DNA from: Nitrospirales bacterium
Lineage (GTDB): Bacteria; Nitrospirota; Nitrospiria; Nitrospirales; UBA8639
DNA length: 64,000 nt
NCBI GenBank assembly: GCA_963555755.3
Contig: OY820905.2
Coordinates: 2,752,001-2,816,000, forward strand
Direction: 5' to 3'
A program made the translations under genes and the position numbers. Numbering within the stretch: the stretch's first letter is position 1; each line of letters opens with the position of its first letter. The notes beneath the pieces were generated by a model that had not been told where the DNA came from, did no database searches, and saw nothing but the letters and a program-made list of their open reading frames with translations. Below are positions 1-11,304 of the stretch, one piece after another.

Positions 1-2
1 GC

Positions 3-338
3 ATTCAACGTGCCCTGGCATCTGTCGTCTCAGAGGGAACGGCGCGACGAGCCAATTCCCCACTGGTCACCATTGCCGGGAAAACCGGGACGTCTCAAGT
101 TGTGGCACTTCGCGCAGACAAAAAAAAAGAAACGCCAAAGCAGTTTCGTGATCATGCCTGGTTTGTCTCGTATGCTCCCTTTGACAATCCCCAAATCGCG
201 GTGGCCGTCCTGGCCGAGCATGCTGGACATGGTGGTTCTGCCGCCGCACCTCTGGCAAGAAAATTAATCGAAGCCTTTATCAAAAAAACCAGTGAGAAGA
301 CGCGGCTCGGCCAGAAACGCGAGAGGCCAATTTTGTGA
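3..338 (+). CDS. mrdA: Penicillin-binding protein 2, C-terminal part (truncated by window start)
   Basis: Frame from nt 3 reads ...EGTARRANSPLVTIAGKTGTSQVV...DHAWFVSYAPFDNPQIAVAVLAEHAGHGGSAAAP: KTG motif and class B PBP C-terminus; directly upstream of rodA. Confidence 0.9.
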   Translation: MQRALASVVSEGTARRANSPLVTIAGKTGTSQVVALRADKKKETPKQFRDHAWFVSYAPFDNPQIAVAVLAEHAGHGGSAAAPLARKLIEAFIKKTSEKTRLGQKRERPIL

Positions 339-402
339 TGCGTATCTCCTGAAAGGACGAGATACGAACGACGAGAGACGCTATACTTTCCAAGGGAATT
401 AC

Positions 403-1512
403 GTGACCAGAAGTCGAAGATTCGATGGTGTTGATTGGGGCTTGCTTGGGGTGATTCTATCCCTCTTGGTTATCGGGATTGTCACGATCTATAGCGTGAC
501 CTCGAATGGCCAGGGTGGCACATTCCCCATCTTTGCCAAGCAGGCTGTGTGGATGGGTGTTGGCGCATTAGCCTTTGTGATCATCGCCAGCATGGATTAC
601 CATAAGCTGGCCCGATTGTCCTATATTCTCTACGGGTTGGGATTACTCCTACTCGTGATCGTGATGTTTAGCGGCAAAAGCAGTCGAGGCGCTCAACGGT
701 GGATTGCATTAGGTCCTGTGGCCATCCAGCCATCTGAATTTATTAAAATACCGCTCCTCCTGATGCTGGCCTCATATTATGCGACACAGACACGAAGCGG
801 GTGGCTCTATCGGGTGATTGTTCCAGGTCTGTTGGCCTTGCCAGGGTTCTTCTTAATTCTCAACCAGCCTGATTTAGGGAGTAGCCTGAGTTTTCTCGCA
901 ATCTATATTACCCTACTGCTTGCGGTGGGCGTGAAGTCTAAAGCATTTGGCCTGGTCTTGCTTTCCGCACTCATGATGTTTCCTTTTGCCTGGGGCGGGC
1001 TGTGGGGATCGCTCCATGATTATCAGAAAGAACGAATAATAAGTTTTGTTGACCCGGCCTATGATCCGGGCGGGAAAGGTTATCAAGGATTGCAGTCTCG
1101 CATTGCTGTGGGCTCTGGAGAATTCATGGGCAAAGGCCTTTATGGCGGAACCCAAACCCAATTTAAATTTCTCCCGGAGGGCCATACGGATTTTGTGTTT
1201 GCCGTGTTTGCCGAAGAGTGGGGATTTTTAGGTGCGGTCGTGCTCATCATGCTATTTCTGACCTTATTTCTTCTCGGCCTCGACATCGCCTCGAAAGCCA
1301 AGGATATGTTAGGTGCGCTGTTGGCTGTAGGAGTGGTGGGCATGATGGCTTTTAATGTGGTGGTCAATATCGGGATGACCGTTGGCCTTGCGCCCATTGT
1401 TGGAATTCCGCTGCCCTTATTGAGTTATGGGGGCAGCGCCACAATTATGACAATGGCCGCCCTGGGCTTGTTGCTCAGTGTGAAACGGCGCCGAATGACC
1501 TTGATTCAATAA
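403..1512 (+). CDS. rodA: Rod shape-determining SEDS glycosyltransferase RodA
   Basis: Multi-TM protein with GAQRWI, QPSEF, QPDLG, LPEGHTDF and SYGGS SEDS motifs; start moved from 292 to in-frame GTG 403. Confidence 0.93.
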   Translation: MTRSRRFDGVDWGLLGVILSLLVIGIVTIYSVTSNGQGGTFPIFAKQAVWMGVGALAFVIIASMDYHKLARLSYILYGLGLLLLVIVMFSGKSSRGAQRWIALGPVAIQPSEFIKIPLLLMLASYYATQTRSGWLYRVIVPGLLALPGFFLILNQPDLGSSLSFLAIYITLLLAVGVKSKAFGLVLLSALMMFPFAWGGLWGSLHDYQKERIISFVDPAYDPGGKGYQGLQSRIAVGSGEFMGKGLYGGTQTQFKFLPEGHTDFVFAVFAEEWGFLGAVVLIMLFLTLFLLGLDIASKAKDMLGALLAVGVVGMMAFNVVVNIGMTVGLAPIVGIPLPLLSYGGSATIMTMAALGLLLSVKRRRMTLIQ

Positions 1513-1653
1513 TCTCAACTGATTTCTGAGTCGTTCAGGAACGAATGCATGCAACGATGAGGTCTTCAATCAACACCTCATCTACCGGTCACACCATTAC
1601 GGTTCAGCCGATCTGCTCGTTGCCATGACGCACTCAAAATTTAAGGAGTTACC

Positions 1654-3174
1654 ATGGGTGTAGAAATAGCCATTAATGTCACCCCGCAAGAGACGAGGGT
1701 GGCGGTATTAGAAAACAAAGTGGTCACGGAGTTGTATGTGGACCGGGCCAAAAAAAAGGATTTTGTCGGAGATGTGTATAAAGGAAAAGTCGTCAAAGTA
1801 TTGCCCGGAATGCAAGCAGCGTTCATCGATATCGGGTTAGACAAGGCCGCCTTTGTGCATGTCTCGGACCTCTCCGTTGGCACCGAACCTGGAGATATCC
1901 TGGTCGATAGCGATGAAGACGACAAAGGCCCTGAGCTTCCTCGTCCCCGACGACAAAACATTCGCCCCATTGAAGAGTTGCTCAGTGAGGGGCAAGAACT
2001 CACGGTCCAAATATCGAAAGGCCCGATTGGGACGAAGGGACCACGCGTCACATCCTACTGTTCGTTGCCCGGACGTTTTTTGGTGCTGATGCCTAATGTG
2101 GACCATGTTGGCATTTCACGACGCATTGCCAAGGACGAAGAGCGCGGGCGCTTGAAGGAGATCATGCGACGGAACCGGGAACCCGGCTTCGGCTATATCG
2201 TTCGAACCGTGAGCGAGGGCGTGAGTGAAGATGATCTGCGATCCGACGTGAATTTTCTGACCGCTCTATGGAAGGACATTTTGAAAAAACAGGAACACTC
2301 TCCTGCTCCGGCTCCCTTGCATACGGATCTCAGCCTGACCCTTCGGGTGGTCCGGGACTTATTCACCAAAAAGGTTGATCGGCTCGTGATCGATTCCAAA
2401 GAAGAATGCGCTGCAGTTCGGGAGTTTGTCAAACGCTATCTTCCGGAACAGACGTCCCGGATTTACCATTACGATAAAGAGGAAGGCTTATTCGACCATC
2501 TCGGGGTTGAGATGGAAATTTCTCGTGCATTGAGCCGGAAGGTGTGGCTGAAATCAGGTGGACATATTGTGATTGACCATACCGAAGCCATGACCGTGGT
2601 AGACGTGAATACCGGTCGATTTGTCGGAAAACGGGACCAAGAAGAAACGATTCTGAAAACCAATCTGGAAGCCGCGCGAGAAGTGGCCTATCAGATCAAG
2701 CTTCGAGGAATTGGTGGTATCATCACTATCGATTTCATTGATATGGAACGCGAACGTAATCGCGAGAAGGTGTACCATGCCATGGTCGATGCCATGGCCA
2801 ATGACAAAGCCCGAACGAGGATTTCACGCATTACGGATTTGGGACTCATTGAGATTTCTCGTGAGCGTGTGCGCGAGGATATCTTGCGGACCTTATCGGA
2901 TCTGTGTTCCGATTGTGATGGTCGCGGATATACCAAATCAGCCACCACCGTAGTGTATGACATTTTTCGCGACCTTCGTCGTATTGGCAGAGGACCTGGC
3001 CAACAGAAAATCATGGTTGGGGCGAACCCCATTGTCGTGGACATGCTTCGAGACACCGAGCATGAGGGGCTTGAACAACTGGAACGTCAAAGCCATCATC
3101 ATATCATGGTCCAAGCTGACCCCCTCCTGCACCTCGAACAATATGATATTGTGGTTATGGGCGGGTGGTCATGA
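1654..3174 (+). CDS. rng: Ribonuclease G (RNase E/G family)
   Basis: S1 domain (GDVYKGKVVKVLPGMQAAFIDIG), DVNTG and IDFIDM catalytic motifs, CxxCxGxG zinc link; 506 aa with no long RNase E tail; AAGGAG SD. Confidence 0.92.
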   Translation: MGVEIAINVTPQETRVAVLENKVVTELYVDRAKKKDFVGDVYKGKVVKVLPGMQAAFIDIGLDKAAFVHVSDLSVGTEPGDILVDSDEDDKGPELPRPRRQNIRPIEELLSEGQELTVQISKGPIGTKGPRVTSYCSLPGRFLVLMPNVDHVGISRRIAKDEERGRLKEIMRRNREPGFGYIVRTVSEGVSEDDLRSDVNFLTALWKDILKKQEHSPAPAPLHTDLSLTLRVVRDLFTKKVDRLVIDSKEECAAVREFVKRYLPEQTSRIYHYDKEEGLFDHLGVEMEISRALSRKVWLKSGGHIVIDHTEAMTVVDVNTGRFVGKRDQEETILKTNLEAAREVAYQIKLRGIGGIITIDFIDMERERNREKVYHAMVDAMANDKARTRISRITDLGLIEISRERVREDILRTLSDLCSDCDGRGYTKSATTVVYDIFRDLRRIGRGPGQQKIMVGANPIVVDMLRDTEHEGLEQLERQSHHHIMVQADPLLHLEQYDIVVMGGWS

Positions 3175-3360
3175 GTGGGATAAATTCGACTATCGTGGAA
3201 TACATCCGAAACTCGAATATCGAAATCCTAAACACATTTACATGATCAAAAGGTAAAGAACCAAAACGATTCTTTCTATTGGTCGGCATGACCCTTTGAA
3301 GCATTCGAGTTTTGTATTTAAGATTTGTTTCGGATTTCGATATTCGAATTTCAGATTTAA

Positions 3361-3501
3361 GGGCACCTCTAAAAACCAGGCATTTTTTGTGAGGGCAAGG
3401 AAGCCGCGCGCGGAAAACCGGAGTGTATGGGCGAATACATGAGGATTTGAGCACGCGGCTGACGCCGCCATCACGGAAAAGGACGGTTTTTAGAGGTGCC
3501 C
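3361..3501. mobile_element. MITE family B, copy 1 (141 bp)
   Basis: TIR GGGCACCTCTAAAAACC...GGTTTTTAGAGGTGCCC with TTAA on both flanks; near-identical copies at 35538 and 37550. Confidence 0.85.
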
Positions 3502-3534
3502 TTAAGGTACGAATTTGCCAGAATAGGACCGTCA

Positions 3535-4653
3535 GTGGAATCTCTCGAACCGTGGCTTCTGTTACGAGCAGTCAACGGTTTGAGCGATGGAACCCTCACG
3601 AGACTCGTTCGCGAATTCGGTTCCCCTCAGGCCGTCACGGTCGCTTCCATGCCAGAGCTGCAGAACCGAGGGGGCATCAGTCGTAATGTGGCGACGGCCA
3701 TTCATCATGGCCCCAATCCTCAAGCCCGGGCAAATGCTGAGAACGAGGCCTGTCGCATTGCACAGCAGGGGGTCTGTGTTCTCACCGTACTCGATCCGTT
3801 CTACCCCCAGAAACTTTCAAGAATTGCCGATCCGCCGCCCCTTCTCTATTTGAGCGGGGCATTCGCCCCGAGTGATGATCGGGCCATTGCTATTGTTGGA
3901 GCGCGTAAAGCTACACCAACCGGGATGGCCTTTACAGAAGAGTTGAGCCATACACTTGCCACGCTAGGTTTTACTATCGTGAGCGGGCTGGCCAGAGGCA
4001 TCGATGCCGCAGCGCATCGTGGAGCCCTCAAGGCTAATGGGCGAACCGTGGCAGTATTGGGGTGTGGCATTGACACCACCTACCCTCCTGAACATCGAAA
4101 ACTTCGAGAAGCCATCGAAACCCAAGGTGCCGTAGTATCCGAATTTCCATTAGGAACGCCCCCACGGCCATTTAATTTTCCCCGACGGAATCGTATCATC
4201 AGCGGATTGTCCTTTGGCGTGGTTGTCACACAAGCCAGTCGTAAAAGCGGATCGCTCATTACCGCGCGCTTTGCGCTTGAGCAGAATCGTGAGGTGTTTG
4301 CCGTACCGGGATCCGTCAAAGAAGGCAACCATAAAGGGCCACATGGGCTCATCCAACAAGGGGCCAAACTCGTTGAAAACGTGGGAGATATCATTGAGGA
4401 GCTGCTCCCCCAACTTGACGAATCGTTTCAGAATGAAGTAAAGAATGCGGCTTCCGGACCGGTTCCAGCACCACCGGACCTCAGTACGCAGGAAAAGGAA
4501 ATATTTGACTTAGTCACGGACAGTCCCATTTCGGTCGATGAAGTCTTAGCTCAAGCTCGTTATTTTCCTGCCGAGGTAATGGGTATCTTGCTGGCCCTCG
4601 AGCTAAAAGGAGTGGTAAAGCCAGCACCAGGTTCTTGTTATATTCGATTATAG
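3535..4653 (+). CDS. dprA: DNA-processing protein DprA (Smf)
   Basis: DPPPLLY, AIVGAR, IVSGLARGID, FPRRNRIISGLS, SGSLITA motifs and C-terminal winged helix; the ORF-track start 3496 lies inside a MITE TIR, so GTG 3535 is preferred. Confidence 0.92.
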   Translation: MESLEPWLLLRAVNGLSDGTLTRLVREFGSPQAVTVASMPELQNRGGISRNVATAIHHGPNPQARANAENEACRIAQQGVCVLTVLDPFYPQKLSRIADPPPLLYLSGAFAPSDDRAIAIVGARKATPTGMAFTEELSHTLATLGFTIVSGLARGIDAAAHRGALKANGRTVAVLGCGIDTTYPPEHRKLREAIETQGAVVSEFPLGTPPRPFNFPRRNRIISGLSFGVVVTQASRKSGSLITARFALEQNREVFAVPGSVKEGNHKGPHGLIQQGAKLVENVGDIIEELLPQLDESFQNEVKNAASGPVPAPPDLSTQEKEIFDLVTDSPISVDEVLAQARYFPAEVMGILLALELKGVVKPAPGSCYIRL

Positions 4654-4723
4654 GCGTGACTGAAGAACGGGAGTTCAGGATAGCAGCGGGTCCCAACATC
4701 CGAGAAACAAGGAACAACTGATT

Positions 4724-7021
4724 GTGGCGAAATCGTTAATTATTGTGGAGTCTCCGGCCAAGGCCCGAACCATTTCGAAGTATTTAGGTCGCGGGTATCA
4801 GGTGCTAGCCTCTGTGGGACATGTCAAGGATTTACCCAAGAACAAGTTGGGGATAGATGTCGAAAATAACTTCCAACCGCAATATGTCGTCATCCGAGGA
4901 AAAAGTAAAACTCTCACAGAGATCAAAGCGCAAGCGAAGAAGGCGGATAAAGTGTTCCTGGCACCAGACCCCGACCGAGAAGGTGAAGCCATTGCCTGGC
5001 ACATTGCCGAAGAACTGAATGGCCAATCCAACAAGGTGTACCGAGTCCTCTTTAACGAAATCACCGAGAGCGCGATCAAGCGAGCACTGGAATCTCCCGG
5101 CACCATCAACATGAATAAGGTGAATGCGCAACAAGCGCGCCGGGTGCTGGATCGTATTGTCGGATATATGTTGAGCCCCTTACTCTGGAAGAAAGTTCGG
5201 CGTGGGCTGAGTGCCGGTCGAGTGCAATCCGTGGCCGTACGGATCATCTGTGAACGGGAAGCGGAGCGTGATGCGTTTGAAACTGTTGAGTATTGGACCA
5301 TAACCGCAAACCTGCAAGGGCAAAAACCGCCCATGTTTGAGGCGCGATTGCAGGAGTTCCAAGGCACGTCGATTGAGATTCATACGCAAGAAGAAGCCGA
5401 TCGGGCGTTGCAGGCGATTCAACAATCCAGTTTTTCCGTTTCTGCTGTTGAAAAAACAGAAAAGCGTCGAAACCCTCAACCACCGTTTATCACCAGTCGT
5501 CTTCAGCAGGAAGCCTCCAGAAAACTGCGCTTCACCGCGAAGAAGACCATGATGCTGGCTCAGCGTCTGTATGAAGGGATTGAGATTGGGAAAGAAGGTC
5601 CGGTCGGGTTGATCACCTATATGAGGACTGATTCGACACGGATTTCCAATGAGGCGCAAGCCGAAGCCGCGGAAGTCATTCGAGCACGGTTCGGTGACCA
5701 GTATCTCCCAGCAAAGCCTAACGTGTATAAAGCACCCAAGGCCGCGCAGGAAGCTCACGAAGCCATTCGCCCCACTTCCGCCCAACGCGACCCTGAAGCC
5801 GTAAAACAATTTTTGGAAAATGACCTATATAAGCTGTACAAACTGATTTGGAACCGCTTGCTAGCATCTCAAATGTCCAAGGGTTTTGATGAAGCCACCA
5901 AAGTAGACATCCAGGCTGGCGAGTATCTTTTCCGAGCAACCGGGACGGTAGAAAAATTCGATGGGTTTCGCCGAGTCTATGTCGAAGGGACCGACACAAC
6001 AGAGTCGGAGCAGGGCACACCAGGACGTCAAGTAGCGACTGATGACGAAGAGGGCAAACGATTGCCGGAATTGTCTGTGGGTGAATCTCTCACGGTAGTG
6101 GATGGCGAAGGATTGGGCATTCTCCCCAAACAACATTTTACGCAACCATCCCCACGGTATAACGAGCCCTTGTTGATTCGCGAACTCGAAGATAAGGGAA
6201 TTGGTCGCCCATCCACCTACGCCGCGATAATATCCACCATCCAAGATCGTCAATATGTCGAAAAGGACGAGGGCCGGTTTAAGCCGACGGAATTAGGCCT
6301 GACGGTGAATGACCGATTGGTGACGTATTTTCCGCGGATCTTTGATGTGGCGTTTACTGCACAAATGGAGTCCGAGCTGGATGATATCGAAGCAGGCGAC
6401 AAGAACTGGGTCACGACGGTTTCTGAATTCTACACCCCGTTTTCCAAGGACCTTGGAAACGCCGAAGTCAACATGGAGGACCTCAAGGGGAAGGAAGAGC
6501 CCACGGATATTGTGTGCGATAAATGTGGGCAAAACATGGTCATTAAATGGGGACGCCACGGTCACTTTTTGGCCTGTCCCGGATATCCGACCTGCAAAAA
6601 TACCAAGCCGTTTACGAAAGACGAATCAGGAACCATTACGGTTATTGAAAAGCCCGTAGAGAGTACTGGAGAAGTGTGTGAGAAATGTGGAAATCCGATG
6701 GTGCTCAAACAGGGACGATTCGGAGAATTCCTGGCATGCTCCAATTACCCCGATTGTAAAACAACCAAACCGTTATCCCTTGGAGTGAAGTGTGCAGCAG
6801 ATGGGTGCAACGGCGATTTGGTGCAACGCCGAACGAAAAAAAACCGCGTGTTTTATTCCTGCAGCCAGTACCCAAAATGTTCCTTTGCCATTTGGAGCAA
6901 GCCGGTCAATCGCGCCTGTCCACAATGTCAAACCCCATTTCTTATCGAGAAATTTAGCAAGCAGGCTGGAAAAAGTATTCAATGCCACCAGGAGAGCTGC
7001 GATTATCAAGAAGCGGGGTAG
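4724..7021 (+). CDS. topA: DNA topoisomerase I
   Basis: IVESPAKA TOPRIM, DPDREGE, SAGRVQS, ITYMRTDS (catalytic Tyr), C-terminal Cys zinc ribbons. Confidence 0.97.
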   Translation: MAKSLIIVESPAKARTISKYLGRGYQVLASVGHVKDLPKNKLGIDVENNFQPQYVVIRGKSKTLTEIKAQAKKADKVFLAPDPDREGEAIAWHIAEELNGQSNKVYRVLFNEITESAIKRALESPGTINMNKVNAQQARRVLDRIVGYMLSPLLWKKVRRGLSAGRVQSVAVRIICEREAERDAFETVEYWTITANLQGQKPPMFEARLQEFQGTSIEIHTQEEADRALQAIQQSSFSVSAVEKTEKRRNPQPPFITSRLQQEASRKLRFTAKKTMMLAQRLYEGIEIGKEGPVGLITYMRTDSTRISNEAQAEAAEVIRARFGDQYLPAKPNVYKAPKAAQEAHEAIRPTSAQRDPEAVKQFLENDLYKLYKLIWNRLLASQMSKGFDEATKVDIQAGEYLFRATGTVEKFDGFRRVYVEGTDTTESEQGTPGRQVATDDEEGKRLPELSVGESLTVVDGEGLGILPKQHFTQPSPRYNEPLLIRELEDKGIGRPSTYAAIISTIQDRQYVEKDEGRFKPTELGLTVNDRLVTYFPRIFDVAFTAQMESELDDIEAGDKNWVTTVSEFYTPFSKDLGNAEVNMEDLKGKEEPTDIVCDKCGQNMVIKWGRHGHFLACPGYPTCKNTKPFTKDESGTITVIEKPVESTGEVCEKCGNPMVLKQGRFGEFLACSNYPDCKTTKPLSLGVKCAADGCNGDLVQRRTKKNRVFYSCSQYPKCSFAIWSKPVNRACPQCQTPFLIEKFSKQAGKSIQCHQESCDYQEAG

Positions 7022-7036
7022 GACTGCGGGGAGTGA

Positions 7037-7116
7037 AGAACGTGATGCGTAATGCGTGAAGCGAAAAAACCGTATTTTTTAACGCATTACGGATAACGCA
7101 TCACCCATCACGATTC
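7037..7116. terminator. Heptamer-built inverted repeat between convergent topA and clpX, probable bidirectional terminator
   Basis: GAACGTGATGCGTAATGCGTGAAGCG...CGCATTACGGATAACGCATCACCCATCACGATTC; imperfect complementary arms. Confidence 0.45.
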
Positions 7117-7117
7117 T

Positions 7118-8377
7118 TTAAGAGCCCACAGCCGGTTTCATGGCTGTTGGTTGTTCGAATATTTTCAGGGCTTCGCTCTTCTTCAGAATCACATCTTCCG
7201 TAATGAGCACTTCTCTGATTTCACTCTGAGAGGGAATTTCGTACATGATATCGAGCATGACTTCTTCGAGTATGGCGCGAAGGCCACGAGCTCCTGTTTT
7301 TTGAGCATGGGCCTTACGGGCAATCGCAACAAGCGCCCCATCAGTAAACTTCAGTTTGACTTTGTCGAAAGAGAGCAATTTTTGGTACTGCTTCGATAAG
7401 GCATTTCGTGGTTCTGTTAAAATCTGTACCAGAGCTTTCTCATCAAGTTCATTCAGAGTCGTCACCACGGGCAATCGTCCGATAAACTCCGGAATCAGCC
7501 CATATTGAAGGAAATCTTCTGGTTGGACGTGGGCCAACAATGACCCCGATCTTTCCTTCCGCGTCTTTTTACCATCAGACCGGAAACCCATCCGCTTCTG
7601 ATTCAAGCGACGCTCAATGATATCTTCCAATCCAACAAAGGCTCCACCGCAAATCACTAAAATATTCTTCGTATCAACTTGAATGAATTCTTGATGAGGA
7701 TGCTTGCGCCCACCCTGAGGCGGCACATTGGCCACGGTTCCCTCAATCAATTTCAATAACGCCTGCTGGACGCCTTCTCCGGATACATCCCGCGTAATCG
7801 AGGGGCTATCGGACTTCCGGGTAATCTTGTCGATTTCATCGATATAGATAATCCCACGCTCTGCCCGCTCAACCTCATAATCAGCAGCTTGTAACAATTT
7901 CAAGATAATGTTTTCGACATCTTCACCGACATATCCAGCTTCGGTGAGAGTGGTGGCATCAGCCAGTGTAAATGGCACGTCTAAATAATCGGCCAACGTT
8001 TGGGCAAGGAGTGTCTTGCCGGTTCCCGTCGGCCCGACCATAAGGATGTTTCCCTTTTGGAGCTCAACATCTCCGGTATCAGTCGCGGCAATTCGCTTGT
8101 AGTGGTTGTGAACAGCGACGGAGAGAATTTTTTTTGCACGATCCTGCCCAATGATATATTGATCGAGGTGGCGATTAATCTCGACAGGCTTCCGAAGTTT
8201 TGACGAAATCTCTTCCTTGGTCTCTTGCCACTCCTCGGCCATAATCTCATTGCACAACCCCACACATTCGTCACAAATATAGACGGTGGGGCCCGCAATG
8301 AGCTTCCGGACCTGATCGCGGTTTTTCCCGCAAAAAGAGCACCGAAGGTTCGCCTCGGTTTTGACTTGTTTGGCCAT
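7118..8377 (-). CDS. clpX: ATP-dependent Clp protease ATP-binding subunit ClpX
   Basis: CSFCGK zinc finger, GPTGTGKT Walker [21 protein letters not shown]. Confidence 0.98.
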   Translation of the reverse strand: MAKQVKTEANLRCSFCGKNRDQVRKLIAGPTVYICDECVGLCNEIMAEEWQETKEEISSKLRKPVEINRHLDQYIIGQDRAKKILSVAVHNHYKRIAATDTGDVELQKGNILMVGPTGTGKTLLAQTLADYLDVPFTLADATTLTEAGYVGEDVENIILKLLQAADYEVERAERGIIYIDEIDKITRKSDSPSITRDVSGEGVQQALLKLIEGTVANVPPQGGRKHPHQEFIQVDTKNILVICGGAFVGLEDIIERRLNQKRMGFRSDGKKTRKERSGSLLAHVQPEDFLQYGLIPEFIGRLPVVTTLNELDEKALVQILTEPRNALSKQYQKLLSFDKVKLKFTDGALVAIARKAHAQKTGARGLRAILEEVMLDIMYEIPSQSEIREVLITEDVILKKSEALKIFEQPTAMKPAVGS

Positions 8378-8410
8378 ACGTCCCTTAAGACTTTCTCCTA
8401 AGACATGGCG

Positions 8411-9025
8411 TCACGACGACTTTCCGTTCGTCGCTTTATCCTTTTCTGGCACTCGAATAATCACTTCGTCAATCAGCCCATATTCTTTGGCCTCATCAGC
8501 AGACATAAAATAATCCCGTTCCGTATCCTGGGCAATTTTTTCTAAGGGCTGACCGGTGTGGTGAGATAAAATCTGGTTCAGCCGTTCACGGATTTTTAAA
8601 ATTTCCCTGGCATGAATATCAATTTCGGTGGCCTGGCCTTGGAAGCCCCCCATCGGTTGATGAATCATCACACGGGCATTCGGGAGAGCATACCGTTTAC
8701 CCTTCGTTCCCCCGCTAAGCAGAAAGGCTCCCATGCTGGCGGCCTGTCCCATGCAAATAGTGGTAATCGGAGGTTTGACATATTGCATGGTATCATAAAT
8801 TCCAAGCCCTGCCGTCACGCTCCCACCAGGGGTATTGATATAGAGATTAATGTCTTTTTCAGGATCTTCCGCTTCTAAAAACAGCAACTGAGCAATGATG
8901 AGGTTCGAAAAGACATCGTCAATCGGAGTCCCAAGGAAGATAATCCGATCTTTCAACAGGCGGGAGTAAATATCATAGGCCCGCTCACCGCGGTTCGTCG
9001 TTTCAATGACCATTGGAACTAACAT
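8411..9025 (-). CDS. clpP: ATP-dependent Clp protease proteolytic subunit
   Basis: [20 protein letters not shown] (catalytic Ser), MIHQP. Confidence 0.98.
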   Translation of the reverse strand: MLVPMVIETTNRGERAYDIYSRLLKDRIIFLGTPIDDVFSNLIIAQLLFLEAEDPEKDINLYINTPGGSVTAGLGIYDTMQYVKPPITTICMGQAASMGAFLLSGGTKGKRYALPNARVMIHQPMGGFQGQATEIDIHAREILKIRERLNQILSHHTGQPLEKIAQDTERDYFMSADEAKEYGLIDEVIIRVPEKDKATNGKSS

Positions 9026-9141
9026 ACAGATCTGCCCTTTCTTTTCGGTATAGAATTCAGATTGTCGGTGTACCAGGGCCCCACAGACAAGAAGGAACCT
9101 TCAGAACGGTACTCGATGCCTCGACCCAATTTCTCCAAAGC

Positions 9142-10467
9142 TTATCCTTGAATCACAGCAAATTGATACACCTGCTGCAACGCTCGTTCTGAACGAATCC
9201 GGTCTTCAAACTCTTGACGGGAAGTATCCCCGCCGGATGTGATCATATCCTGGATATTCTCAACAGGAATTCGAAGGCTGTGCGCCAATTTGGTAATTTC
9301 CTCTTGAATGTCTTGATCGGAAACAGACACCCCTTCTTTGTCGGCAATGGCCTCAAGGATCAGCGCGAGTTTGACGCGTTTTTTGGCATCGGGTGCGAGG
9401 TCTTGTTGCAAGCGTTTCACTTCCGCTTCCCAATACGTTTGATCATCAGGGGAAGGCCCGCCACCTTTTTTACGCTGCTCGCTCATTAAGCGTTGACGAA
9501 CCATGGCTTTGACTTCCCGTTCCACTAGCACTTCAGGGAGATCGAAATGATGCATTGACACGAGCCGCTCAATGATTTGATCTTTATGCGCCTCTTCCAC
9601 CTCTCGTTTCAGTGCACTCTCCAATTCTGTGCGTACTTTGTCTTTGAGTACATCCAGGGTTTCATAGGGGCCGCAGTCTTTGGCGAATTCGTCATCCAAC
9701 GCTGGGACGTTTTTTTGCTTCACCCCCACGATAGCAATCCGAAACGTGACAGACTTTCCTGCCAATCGTTCGTCGGGGTGAGTCGCCGGATATTCTTGAA
9801 CCACTTCCGCGGTTTGTCCTTCGGATAACCCCATCAACGCTTCGTCAATCTTGATACCCAAAACTGGTTCGTTTGAGCCCACCGTGTGGAGATGACCATC
9901 TTTTTTCGACCCATCAACTGGCTCACCATCAAGGAGCCCTTCGATATTGACAACGGCGTAGAGGCCTTCATCCAGAGGGGTACCCTTCGGCGCCACATCA
10001 ATCTGTGCTTGTGACTCCCGTAGCTTTTCCAAGGCCTTGTCCACATCTTCATCAGAAATCGATCGTGTATCAGGCTTTAAAGAAATAGGATTGGGCGGAC
10101 GGTAATCCCGCAATTCGAATGTTGGCTTGATTTCGACCGTGGCGGTAAATGTCAACGAGGTATCGCGTTGGGCTTTCATCCGGTCGAGCGGGGGAATTTC
10201 TACCAAGACCGGAGAGACACCGGCCTCTTTCATCGCCCGTTGGTAGTAATTCGGTACTAGGCTTTGGATGACATCTTGCTCTACGGCTTTCGCATACCGC
10301 TTTACCAGCATGGCCATGGGGGCTTTACCTGGACGAAATCCAGGGATACGGACTTGCCGTTTCAGGTTAGTGTAAACCCGATCAAATTCTTGGTTAACCA
10401 CATCTTCAGGAACTTCAATTTTGATCGCCCGTTTAACCGGACCCAGTTCTGTCACTTCCAATTTCAT
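9142..10467 (-). CDS. tig: Trigger factor
   Basis: IPGFRPGKAP ribosome-binding motif, LDDEFAK; tRNA-Leu-tig-clpP-clpX synteny. Confidence 0.95.
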   Translation of the reverse strand: MKLEVTELGPVKRAIKIEVPEDVVNQEFDRVYTNLKRQVRIPGFRPGKAPMAMLVKRYAKAVEQDVIQSLVPNYYQRAMKEAGVSPVLVEIPPLDRMKAQRDTSLTFTATVEIKPTFELRDYRPPNPISLKPDTRSISDEDVDKALEKLRESQAQIDVAPKGTPLDEGLYAVVNIEGLLDGEPVDGSKKDGHLHTVGSNEPVLGIKIDEALMGLSEGQTAEVVQEYPATHPDERLAGKSVTFRIAIVGVKQKNVPALDDEFAKDCGPYETLDVLKDKVRTELESALKREVEEAHKDQIIERLVSMHHFDLPEVLVEREVKAMVRQRLMSEQRKKGGGPSPDDQTYWEAEVKRLQQDLAPDAKKRVKLALILEAIADKEGVSVSDQDIQEEITKLAHSLRIPVENIQDMITSGGDTSRQEFEDRIRSERALQQVYQFAVIQG

Positions 10468-10528
10468 GATACGTCTCTGCCTTTTAATAATGTATTAATG
10501 AGTCGATGCGAAGAACCCCACCGAAACG

Positions 10529-10611
10529 TGGTGCGAGAGGGGGGACTTGAACCCCCACGGTCTCCCACGAGATCCTAAATCTCGCGCGTCTGCCGGTTCC
10601 GCCACTCTCGC
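10529..10611 (-). tRNA. tRNA-Leu (anticodon TAG)
   Basis: Reverse strand GCGAGAG...CGAGA-TT-TAG-GA-TCTCG...GTTCAAGTC...CTCTCGC-ACCA; variable arm, encoded CCA. Confidence 0.95.
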
Positions 10612-10847
10612 ATCGATGGCCTTCGTCATTCGCTATCTGTTATGAGAATGAATCGAATTGTGATCCACGTGAATCGAGGTAAACAAGGGCTCTTTCATGC
10701 ATCATAGACTCTTGTATGTTAAGCTGTTTTCCCTATTTACCCACACCTTGCATGCAGTGTCAACGACTATAGATATGATTCCGTAGTTCGTATTTCGGGA
10801 TTCGTATTTCGTCATTCCTTTTCCGTTCTTTCACGCTTGCACGCCGG

Positions 10848-10920
10848 GCCTACTTCGCCGGAGTAGCTACGAAGGCTGAAAGCGCTCCCGGCCGTCGTAG
10901 CCAAGAGGCTACTATGGCGG
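10848..10920. repeat. REP-like palindrome doublet within heptamer-repeat flanks
   Basis: CCTACTTCGCC-GGAGTA-GCTACGAAGG facing CCGTCGTAGC-CAAGAG-GCTACTATGGCGG; flanked by TTCGTAT/ATACGAA heptamers. Confidence 0.4.
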
Positions 10921-11025
10921 AGTCGGCACAGCCCGCAGGCACCAGATACGAATGACGAGATACGAATGACGAATTTCCATTCTCTTCTTGCCAGAATCGC
11001 GACAACTGAGCTAAGGTAAAGAGTT

Positions 11026-11286
11026 ATGGGACTCAAGAAACTCTACCTCGATATTTACGAACAGTTTTCCCAAAAACAGGGAACCGCTAAGGGCTACAAC
11101 TTTCAGGAAAGCAGTCAAGGTAGTACGCGGCCCAAAATGGTCACCTTCAAAGACCGGGTCAAATGGTGGACCCTTAATCGCCCCAAGCGATTAACCATGA
11201 TCACGCAAGAACGGGACCGACAGCAACAGGAAATCCTTGCGATCAAACAGCAGCCGAAGTCCACACCTCAAAACCCTCAAGCCTGA
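11026..11286 (+). CDS. Hypothetical protein (86 aa)
   Basis: ATG ORF with AAGG upstream, 18 nt before the next gene; no recognisable motif. Confidence 0.55.
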   Translation: MGLKKLYLDIYEQFSQKQGTAKGYNFQESSQGSTRPKMVTFKDRVKWWTLNRPKRLTMITQERDRQQQEILAIKQQPKSTPQNPQA

Positions 11287-11304
11287 TTCTCTACACGACC
11301 ACAC